Assembly: GCA_020696385.1 (NCBI GenBank)
Contig: JAEHCQ010000001.1
Location: 224,001-288,000 of the forward strand
Length of the DNA stretch: 64,000 nucleotides
Direction of reading: 5' to 3'
Source of the DNA: Methanobacteriota archaeon
GTDB taxonomy: Archaea > Thermoplasmatota > Thermoplasmata > SG8-5 > JAGLSY01
A program made the translations under genes and the position numbers. The notes under the pieces were generated by a model, which searched no databases, was not told the origin of the DNA, and saw only the letters and a list, made by a program, of their open reading frames with translations. Below are positions 47,577 through 55,601 of the stretch, piece by piece; within the stretch, counting starts at the first letter, position 1; every line of letters begins with the position of its first letter.

Positions 47577-48470
47577 ATGGTACAGTTCCTGATAAGATAT
47601 GGCGAGATAGGTCTCAAGAGCAAGGCAGTTCGTGAGAGATTCCAGAGAATACTCGTCAATAATATACAGGCTCATTTCATGAAAATGGGGCTGGAATGCA
47701 GGACCGCCTCGGATTATGGACGGATCTATCTGTGGACGGAGAAGCCAGAGGATGCCAGAATAATTTTGAGAAGGGTCTTTGGGATCGTCTCCTTTTCTGA
47801 AGTTGTGGAGACGACCTCGGAAATGGAGGATATAAAAGCGGTGGCTATCGACATATCAAAAGACCTTCTCGGTAAGGGAACGCATTTCGCGGTCAGAGCG
47901 AGAAGAACTGGCCAGCACGATTATACCAGTGTGGATCTGGGACGGGACGTGGGATCTGCAATTTATCTGGCAAATGAGGATTTGGGCCTGAAGGTGGACC
48001 TCACCAAGCCAGAGGTCGAGGTCTTTGTCGAGACCAGGCAAAACAAGACCTACTTATTCGTCGGTAAAACACCCGGGCCTGGCGGCATGCCTCTTGGTAG
48101 CCAGGGTAAGGTCATCGGCATTGCGGAGGACAGGAAGGATATTGTCTCCATCTGGCTCATGATGAAAAGAGGATGTCGTGTTTTCATTCTTCCAAAGGAT
48201 GAGGAGATCATCGACAGCCTTTGGGCATGGGATCCAGGTATGAAACTACTGGACTTCGAGAATCATACGCCGGAAATTCCGATCAGCCAGAACGCGGAAT
48301 TGATCATGACCTGGGCAAGGAGAAAGAGGGCCGAGGGATTGGTCCTGGGCTGGGATCTTAAACAAGTTGAAGAAAATAAGCTGGATGTCCCATTGCCGAT
48401 ATTCCACCCAAGGATAGGGCTGTCGGATGAAGAGGTCTTGGACATGCTGGATATGATTGAGAAAGCGTAG
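47577..48470 (+). CDS. thiI: ThiI-like THUMP protein with degenerate PP-loop
   Basis: IRYGEIGLKS, FGIVSFS, VDLTKP, GPGGMPLGSQGK, WLMMKRG; SGGxDS absent. Confidence 0.75.
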   Translation: MVQFLIRYGEIGLKSKAVRERFQRILVNNIQAHFMKMGLECRTASDYGRIYLWTEKPEDARIILRRVFGIVSFSEVVETTSEMEDIKAVAIDISKDLLGKGTHFAVRARRTGQHDYTSVDLGRDVGSAIYLANEDLGLKVDLTKPEVEVFVETRQNKTYLFVGKTPGPGGMPLGSQGKVIGIAEDRKDIVSIWLMMKRGCRVFILPKDEEIIDSLWAWDPGMKLLDFENHTPEIPISQNAELIMTWARRKRAEGLVLGWDLKQVEENKLDVPLPIFHPRIGLSDEEVLDMLDMIEKA

Positions 48471-48511
48471 GGTATCGCGCTATGTTTTTTGGATTAGAAG
48501 GTTCGAAAAGG

Positions 48512-48545
48512 TAGAAAGGTTCGTTGTTGCTGACGAACCTTTCTA
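48512..48545. terminator. Strong hairpin after the thiI-like gene
   Basis: TAGAAAGGTTCGT-tgttgctg-ACGAACCTTTCTA. Confidence 0.5.
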
Positions 48546-48561
48546 GATTTTTGTCAAGCTG

Positions 48562-48737
48562 GGTGTGGATAAAGACCCCGGCCATCGTTGAACTCCAACC
48601 GGGGCTTAATTTGACTCATCGCTTTGAAAGCGATGAGGCTATCTTTTTTGCAGAGACATCGCTGTCACTTGCTGAGATAAAGAATATATTACCCCGCCCG
48701 CACAATGAGAATACACTGTGTTTAGACGGGGCATGTT
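48562..48737 (-). repeat. Structured intergenic element, copy C
   Basis: Collinear with copy A; one hairpin nearly identical to copy B (accccgcccgcaca...actgtgtttagacggggcatg). Confidence 0.8.
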
Positions 48738-48796
48738 TGTAGATATCCTGTTGGGACATCGATTATTTAATCTTCTTGTCGTGAGCACGAATATGC

Positions 48797-49498
48797 TTAC
48801 TTGATCTTCTTATCATGCGCCCTTCGGGACGGCCTGGCCTTCTCCACGCCCTTGCCCTTCTTGTGTAGAGCCCTACCGCGCTTTCCTGCAGATGTAAGAC
48901 CGCGCATGACCCTTCGAGTATGCTGTGGCTCACATATCCAGTTGATCTTTGGATCTGATTTTATGACCGGGTGATGAGGATCGACCATTATGACCTCGTA
49001 ATATTTGTGCTTACCATCTTCTCCAACCCAGTATGAATTCAGAACTTCAAGATTAGGATAGTGCTTGGATGTCCTTTCCTCGGCCATCCTCTGAATGCTC
49101 TTGGCAGCCGTGATCTTCTTCTCTCCCTTTCTCTTAGCCCTTCTACCTTTGTTTATCCTGGGCTTTCTCAGGGAACCCCTTCTGACCTTGGCTCTTACAA
49201 TGACATATCCTTGTTTCGCCTTGTATCCCAGGTTTCGTGCCCTGTCCAGTCTTGTTGGATGATCGACCCTTGTGAAAGTGTTCTCACGCCTCCATTCCTG
49301 CATCCTGCTCCACTGGAGTTCCTTGACATATGAATTTGCCGGAACTTTCCAGGCCTCTCCAATGTGGGAGTATAAACTGGCATGGTGCTTTGGTTCTTTC
49401 ACTTCCTGGCCTATCTCTACGAAAGCTGGCTCCTCTTCTGTCTCGGCTGGAGCCTCTTCGCTCTGCTCTTCAATTTTCTTTGCTTTGTCGTCTGCTAT
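48797..49498 (-). CDS. rpl15e: 50S ribosomal protein L15e (probable ATA start at 49498; GTG alternative at 49402)
   Basis: [39 protein letters not shown]; SD AAGGAGGGTGA just before the ATA. Confidence 0.93.
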   Translation of the reverse strand: MADDKAKKIEEQSEEAPAETEEEPAFVEIGQEVKEPKHHASLYSHIGEAWKVPANSYVKELQWSRMQEWRRENTFTRVDHPTRLDRARNLGYKAKQGYVIVRAKVRRGSLRKPRINKGRRAKRKGEKKITAAKSIQRMAEERTSKHYPNLEVLNSYWVGEDGKHKYYEVIMVDPHHPVIKSDPKINWICEPQHTRRVMRGLTSAGKRGRALHKKGKGVEKARPSRRAHDKKIK

Positions 49499-49521
49499 AG
49501 TATCACCCTCCTTTTGGAGTA

Positions 49522-49586
49522 TTTGGGTTCACCCTTCTAGAAACTGGCTACATCGGTGGCAACCATTCCAGGCACATTCCCATCGG
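49522..49586 (-). promoter_or_regulatory. Putative eL15 ribosomal-protein leader
   Basis: GGGAA...GATGTAGCC...GGGTGAACCCAAA directly upstream of the SD; resembles, from memory, the eL15-Euryarchaeota leader motif. Confidence 0.6.
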
Positions 49587-49803
49587 AACATTGTTCCGCC
49601 GTGTGATTGGAGAACGACACACGTTCTCCATCATGCATTTATCGTATGCGATGTAAGTCCAGGGAAATGGTCAGCATATATATTAGTTTCGCGAGTTAAA
49701 TGAAATAAAGATATATCTGTCGGGAAAAATAAGCTCAAAAAACTTCAGTGGGGAAAAGGATGGCGCTGCATTACACAGCGCCATTATGATTGGTAGAAAA
49801 CGG

Positions 49804-49944
49804 TTATGCGCCGATTCTGAAGACACCGGTGCTGCAGTCTGGGCATGTGCCCTTCTGTGCTGGCTTACCGTTCTTCATCGTGATCTTCTTTGCGCCTTTC
49901 ATTTCTACCTTCTTTCTACATTTTACACAATATGCTTCTACCAT
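49804..49944 (-). CDS. Small basic zinc-binding protein (DUF5679-like)
   Basis: MVEAYCVKCRKKVEMKGAKKITMKNGKPAQKGTCPDCSTGVFRIGA; SD AGGTGA. Confidence 0.85.
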   Translation of the reverse strand: MVEAYCVKCRKKVEMKGAKKITMKNGKPAQKGTCPDCSTGVFRIGA

Positions 49945-50170
49945 ATAATTCACCTGGAGGCTAATCACGGAAGGGGTTTATTAAACTATTGAATAATCTC
50001 ATAGCTAATTTAGTAGTAAATTCACGTAAAATATATTGGCTTCGATCCAATTCAATAATGGCTGATATTCCAGATACTGGCACCTATAAAAAGATCAACA
50101 AAATGAATATCAAATTTGGAGGTCTTTTATGCATATTATAGCTAATTCAAGGCTAAAATGGATATATGGG

Positions 50171-50821
50171 CTAAATTCCCATCGCGGCCATTAATTCGGC
50201 CACGCCGGCGCCTCTTTTCGCGTCCGTGAGAAAGACTGGTTTTCCAGGAGCTACACGGGCGGCATCTGACACCAATATCTGTGGGTCCACCTCGATCACC
50301 TCTGCGAGATCGACCTTATTTATGACAATTATATCAGCCAGTCCAAAGATTATAGGGTGCTTTCTTATCATATCATCACCCTCTGTGACCGAAACGACCG
50401 CCACTCTCTTGTCAGTGCCAAGCCAGAAATCTCCCGGACAAACGAGGTTCCCAACATTCTCAATGAGCATGACATCCAGTTCCTCAAGGTCGAACTTTTC
50501 CAATGTATGATCGACCAGATGGGCATCAAGATGGCATTCTTTTCCAGTATTGAGGTTCTTGACATCCACATCATGGCCTGCCACCCTCTTGAAATCATCA
50601 TCACCAGCCACATCACCGCATATGACCCCAGCTTTTACCCCACGCTTGTTGAGAATATCCACCATGGCCTCGATAAGCATGGTCTTTCCAGAACCGATCG
50701 AACCAATGAGGTCGAACGACCTAATATTGTTCTTTGCCAGAAGATCGTGATTGTCCCTGGCTATTCGATTATTTGCTTCCAATAGATCTGCGCCCAGCTC
50801 GACATCCACAACTTTATGCAC
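50171..50821 (-). CDS. hypB: Hydrogenase nickel-incorporation GTPase HypB
   Basis: GSGKT, TGKECHLDAH, ENVGNLVCP, VTEGDD, NKVDL. Confidence 0.94.
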   Translation of the reverse strand: MHKVVDVELGADLLEANNRIARDNHDLLAKNNIRSFDLIGSIGSGKTMLIEAMVDILNKRGVKAGVICGDVAGDDDFKRVAGHDVDVKNLNTGKECHLDAHLVDHTLEKFDLEELDVMLIENVGNLVCPGDFWLGTDKRVAVVSVTEGDDMIRKHPIIFGLADIIVINKVDLAEVIEVDPQILVSDAARVAPGKPVFLTDAKRGAGVAELMAAMGI

Positions 50822-50839
50822 AATAATTCCTCAAAAATA

Positions 50840-51004
50840 TTATATATCTCTTTTTGGCCGGCTGCATATGGCATATTCATCGCCATCGAAGAATACCTCT
50901 AGATCAGGATTGTCTGCTTGAAGATCCTGAATCTTCTCCATGACCACTCTCAATGTCATGTCTGGGTCGTTCTTGTCTATCTTGAGGTGTATTTCTTTCT
51001 CCAT
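50840..51004 (-). CDS. Small hypothetical protein
   Basis: MEKEIHLKID...EVFFDGDEYAICSRP; lies directly upstream of hypB. Confidence 0.6.
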   Translation of the reverse strand: MEKEIHLKIDKNDPDMTLRVVMEKIQDLQADNPDLEVFFDGDEYAICSRPKRDI

Positions 51005-51217
51005 CAACAGCACCATTACAATTTCTCGTACTACCAGAATAAGTGAATTTGGGCTATTTATATCTTTCCACATGGAGCTTGCTCTATCGGTGGATGATCC
51101 TCAAGGCCTATTCGATGGGACATTGGTGTACAAGTAGGTTATCTACAGAATACCTATTTATAAGCGAAAATCGATTTGATAGGTAATTACTAGATAATAG
51201 AAGATGGAGGAGAAAAC

Positions 51218-54200
51218 ATGTTAGGAGATAGAGCAGCAAATATGGGCAAGTTGATAGTTATCATTTTGAGTTTGATGATGGTGATACCATTTACCAACTT
51301 TGAAACATCAGAGAACGTAAGTGCGGGAGAGGTACTCACTGACATAACTGGAGCGACCAGAGCACATGGATTGGGTTATGACGGTAGTGGAATTACCATA
51401 GCGGAATCAGGTACTGGCCTTGATACAGGGGACAATGCCACCCTATTCATGGAATTCGCAGGGAGAGTTGACCATTGGGTTGACTGGACCGAAACAGACA
51501 CATCAGATGGAGTGGCTGAGGATTCATATGGTATGAGCACTCCATTTTTCAGCTGGATGGTTGGAGATGGATCCAGTGGTCAGTTCGATCCTGTTGATGG
51601 GAAACTCTACGGCATGGGCATGGCACCCGGAGCCCGCATAGTGAACGAGCGGGTCTTCGGCGATGGTGCAGCATGGTTCAATGGAGATATCGCGGATGTC
51701 TTTACGGATGCCAGCGAGAAAGGTGTCTTTGCTTTGACGAATTCATGGGGAGGCGGGACCATATACGAATATGCTCTCAATTCCAATAAGGTAGATACAG
51801 CAGCTAGAGATGCACAACCTGCAGTGCCAGGGGATCAGCCACTTCTCAACTTCATGGCCTGTGGCAACAATGACCTAATGGAAAGTGCCTGTGCCAAGAA
51901 CGGGATAACCATAGCTGTGGGCGAAGGATACAAACCTCACAAGAGTCTGGATGCAGATAATATTGAAGAGCTATGGGGAACTTCCGCAAGCGGATTTACA
52001 GCTGATGGAAGGATAAAACCAGACATAGCAGCCCCAGCCACATGGGGTGCTGGTGTGACCTCTCATGTTCCAGGTGCAGTCACAGGGCAAGAGGCGATAA
52101 ATGCAGATTATCAGTATAACAGTGGTTCAGGAGGCTCTGCAGCAATTGGCTGTGGTGCATCCGCAGTCTTTGCTCAGTATTATAATGATATAAATGGAGC
52201 CATACCAAGTCCAGCAATGACCAGAAATGCCATGATCAATGGAGCAACTGATATGGGAACTGCCGATATTCCGAACGCTGACGAGGGGTGGGGCAGATTG
52301 AACCTGACCAATATGATCCAGCCAGGATTCGATATTTATTATGATGATCAGAATATTCTTCTTGAGACTGGAACCAGCCAATTGTATGATACTATCTTCA
52401 TCAACAGTGTCGCACAGCCATTGAAGATCTCTTTGACATGGACAGACGTAGCCGCACCCTCGAACACAAATGCTGGAAAGGCCCTGATAAATGATATAGA
52501 TATGACAGTTATCTCTCCAAGTGGCCTGGTATACAGCAGTAACCTGTTTGTCGGGGGATGGTCAATAGCCTCCATACCATTGACAGACACGGCCAATAAT
52601 GTTGAGTGTGTCTATGTCCAGGCACCCGAGATCGGCCAGTGGAGGATATACGTCAATGGAACAGACATCCAGCAGGACTCTGTCTCAGCTACACCAGCTA
52701 CCGACCAGGACTATGCCCTCGTGGTAAGCGGAAGCTTCGATATTGGTGGCGGGCCAGTTGCCTCTGGGTATGCTGATCCCAACCCAACAAATGGCGCAAC
52801 CACCACAACAGTTTACACATCTTTCTCCGACATACAAAACGTGGTAGATGCAGAATATTTCATTGACGCTGTAGGAGCGGATGGAACTGGCACTTTGATT
52901 ACACCAACGGACGGAGCCTATAACAGCCCCAATGAGGACGGATATGCCGCAATAGACATATCTGCTGAAGGCTGGCTACCTGGAGAGATCCATACGATCT
53001 ACGTGCATGCACTGGATTCAGATGCCAATTGGGGAAATATCTATTCCATCACCATATACGTGGGTACTCAATATTACCTACACGTGGAGAACTCGATAGG
53101 ATCGGATTTGAGCCTTCAGAAGATCGAACCCGATCAACCAGTCGTGGTCTGGACCACGACTGGAGCAGTACCGGCACCCGGGCAATACCAAATAGGAACT
53201 GTTGCCTGGATGACAGATGCATATGCACAAGACACAGATATTGGGGGTGACTGGCATTTCTTCATAGATGGCGGTATCACCACAGATGATATCTCAGGAA
53301 CCCTGTATGCGAAGGTTTACGAGTATGGCACAATGACATTGCTTAATCCAACACCAACGCAATGCTCGACCGATGTAGCTGGCAGATATCCAATAATGGA
53401 ATTCACCTGGACAGATACCATACCTGCGGCCACAATATCCGCAGGTGATCGTGTATTTGTTGAGATCTGGCTGGATGCAACTGCGGGAGGGGGCGGAGCA
53501 GGCTCTTCTACCTATGATTACGTAGGAGATACAGAGGCAACACCTCCAGATTATGGATATTTCATGGACACTAACTCTTGCTCACTGGGGACTGGTCCAG
53601 ATTACAACTCGGCTCCTGAGTTCACCGATGCACAGTACATATCTGCATCGACCTCGAATGATAACTGGGCTGTCTCTGTTGATCCTGGCAACCAGGATGA
53701 GATATTCATATGGAACTCGATGGAAGTGCTGGACGATCCAGCTTATATCACCCAGATAGACCTTACCTTTGAAGGACAGGGCGATGATGACAGTGATTTC
53801 CAGATATGGGTGGAGAGACAGGCAGGAGGTGCATACTGGGAGACCGTTGGCACCAGCATGTTCGCCTCTGCCAATACAGACATAACCTTGACGAGAAGTA
53901 TAACTGTTAACCCTGGCGATTATATTGCCAGTAATAGAATAAGATGGGGTGTTTATGAGACCACATCGAGAATGGTGGTGAGTGCTGACCTTCTGGAAGC
54001 TGTTGTGCATTATGATAAGCCAGCTCCAGAGTTCATGCTTGGTTATGACAATGATTCGACACCATCAAGATTGATAATCCCTGAGGCTTCAGGGATTATC
54101 ACACCGGGGCCTGATCCATACAATATAACCATATCCGACCCGGCAGGTCCATGGCCAGCCTGGAGGTTCATTTCCTTCCCAACAAGCATCAGTGTTTCAG

Positions 54201-55384
54201 CGGCCACGATCCTGGATGATTCACTCCATGCATGGGGAGATGCGGGGATCACATGGGATGAATTGAAATGGTATGACCCTACAGACACCACAAGGCACTG
54301 GAAGACCTTCAATAAGGATTTCCCAGGAGCACCGAGCATGCCAGATCTTGACAATACCATGGGTCTATGGATACACATCACTGGCAATACGGGTGACCAA
54401 TACCTGACATTAGGTATTAGCGGTGACGATCCTCTCGATGCGGAGTTCATGCTATATGCTGGCTGGAATCTAATTGGATATCCATCACTCACCCCACAGC
54501 TGGCATCCGACACCTTGCCAGCTCAGGTGACGAAGATGGCATATTATGACATCGCCCAGCCCTATACGATCACGGATACTGTGGCACTCGACACGGTGAT
54601 GATGGCAGAAGGAAATGCATACTGGGTCTATTCAGCCTCCGATGTATTGTGGCAGGTGGATGCTCCAGCAGTTGTTCCAGATCCATACCCCGTAGTCGGA
54701 GTGGTACAACTTTATGATGGATGGTCCGGCGGCTTCTACAATCCAATGACATCCAGTGGAGGAGCCACTGTCGATGTGACATGGTTCGACAGAGGCCTGG
54801 GAGCGTGGAACACGATCTTCACAGTCACCAATGCTATTGGCCAGTACAGCGTGGATATCACGAATTACTGGGATGGCGATGTGGTATTCGTCAATGCCAC
54901 CTTCGATGCCACATACGGCAATAATGGCTACAATTACACCTATGTCAATGTAGGTATGGGTATGTCCATGCAGAATGTGGTTTGCGGTGTTCCTTATCAG
55001 CTTATGATCATCAATCCCATGGACGGTAGCTTCCAAACAGCAGGAGTTCCCTTCCCGGCGGAATATGTATTCCTGGACATAGATGGGATGATAGCACAGG
55101 GTTATTTCGAATGGGGTGATGGATTGATGGACTGGTATTCCAGTGATCCACTATTTGTCTCACCCGTACCTGGATTACCTTTCGATGGAACCAATAGTAT
55201 GTTCCCTGGAATGGGAGGTGCTACCCTGACCCTCTGGAACTTTGGCTTCCAGACCATCGAGATCTACGAGGGCTTCCCCCCAGGAAATAATTACCTAACA
55301 CCATGGGGAGAGTTCTACACAGATCCTGCTGGAACCATACCAGGATGGATGTCTGACTGGAGTATGATAATGGTCATGGTCTAA
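51218..55384 (+). CDS. Secreted S8 subtilase homologue lacking the catalytic triad (pseudoprotease)
   Basis: TNSWG, DGRIKPDIAAP, EGWGRLNL scaffold intact; Asp/His/Ser replaced; no prodomain. Confidence 0.85.
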   Translation: MLGDRAANMGKLIVIILSLMMVIPFTNFETSENVSAGEVLTDITGATRAHGLGYDGSGITIAESGTGLDTGDNATLFMEFAGRVDHWVDWTETDTSDGVAEDSYGMSTPFFSWMVGDGSSGQFDPVDGKLYGMGMAPGARIVNERVFGDGAAWFNGDIADVFTDASEKGVFALTNSWGGGTIYEYALNSNKVDTAARDAQPAVPGDQPLLNFMACGNNDLMESACAKNGITIAVGEGYKPHKSLDADNIEELWGTSASGFTADGRIKPDIAAPATWGAGVTSHVPGAVTGQEAINADYQYNSGSGGSAAIGCGASAVFAQYYNDINGAIPSPAMTRNAMINGATDMGTADIPNADEGWGRLNLTNMIQPGFDIYYDDQNILLETGTSQLYDTIFINSVAQPLKISLTWTDVAAPSNTNAGKALINDIDMTVISPSGLVYSSNLFVGGWSIASIPLTDTANNVECVYVQAPEIGQWRIYVNGTDIQQDSVSATPATDQDYALVVSGSFDIGGGPVASGYADPNPTNGATTTTVYTSFSDIQNVVDAEYFIDAVGADGTGTLITPTDGAYNSPNEDGYAAIDISAEGWLPGEIHTIYVHALDSDANWGNIYSITIYVGTQYYLHVENSIGSDLSLQKIEPDQPVVVWTTTGAVPAPGQYQIGTVAWMTDAYAQDTDIGGDWHFFIDGGITTDDISGTLYAKVYEYGTMTLLNPTPTQCSTDVAGRYPIMEFTWTDTIPAATISAGDRVFVEIWLDATAGGGGAGSSTYDYVGDTEATPPDYGYFMDTNSCSLGTGPDYNSAPEFTDAQYISASTSNDNWAVSVDPGNQDEIFIWNSMEVLDDPAYITQIDLTFEGQGDDDSDFQIWVERQAGGAYWETVGTSMFASANTDITLTRSITVNPGDYIASNRIRWGVYETTSRMVVSADLLEAVVHYDKPAPEFMLGYDNDSTPSRLIIPEASGIITPGPDPYNITISDPAGPWPAWRFISFPTSISVSAATILDDSLHAWGDAGITWDELKWYDPTDTTRHWKTFNKDFPGAPSMPDLDNTMGLWIHITGNTGDQYLTLGISGDDPLDAEFMLYAGWNLIGYPSLTPQLASDTLPAQVTKMAYYDIAQPYTITDTVALDTVMMAEGNAYWVYSASDVLWQVDAPAVVPDPYPVVGVVQLYDGWSGGFYNPMTSSGGATVDVTWFDRGLGAWNTIFTVTNAIGQYSVDITNYWDGDVVFVNATFDATYGNNGYNYTYVNVGMGMSMQNVVCGVPYQLMIINPMDGSFQTAGVPFPAEYVFLDIDGMIAQGYFEWGDGLMDWYSSDPLFVSPVPGLPFDGTNSMFPGMGGATLTLWNFGFQTIEIYEGFPPGNNYLTPWGEFYTDPAGTIPGWMSDWSMIMVMV

Positions 55385-55415
55385 GGCCATAGTTTGAATA
55401 TCGAACATCTCCAAA

Positions 55416-55441
55416 AGGCTGGCTATCTACCGGCCAGCCTT
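55416..55441 (+). terminator. Hairpin followed by T-tract
   Basis: AAGGCTGGC...GCCAGCCTT, then TCTCTTTTTT. Confidence 0.55.
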
Positions 55442-55601
55442 ATCTCTTTTTTACCATATACCTCTGGTAAGAATGAAATGATCTTAGCTTGATAAGCAAT
55501 ATACAATTTGAATACAACAATTGTAACAATATGCATCAATGCAACAATAGTATGTATCAATATGTGGGATTAGTATTATATAATTAGCAATCATTAAACT
55601 T

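Noticed and set aside
50171-50821. hypB, pdxT and bud32 without their usual partners nearby
   Set aside because: Scattered gene order is ordinary in archaea; partners are probably elsewhere in the genome.
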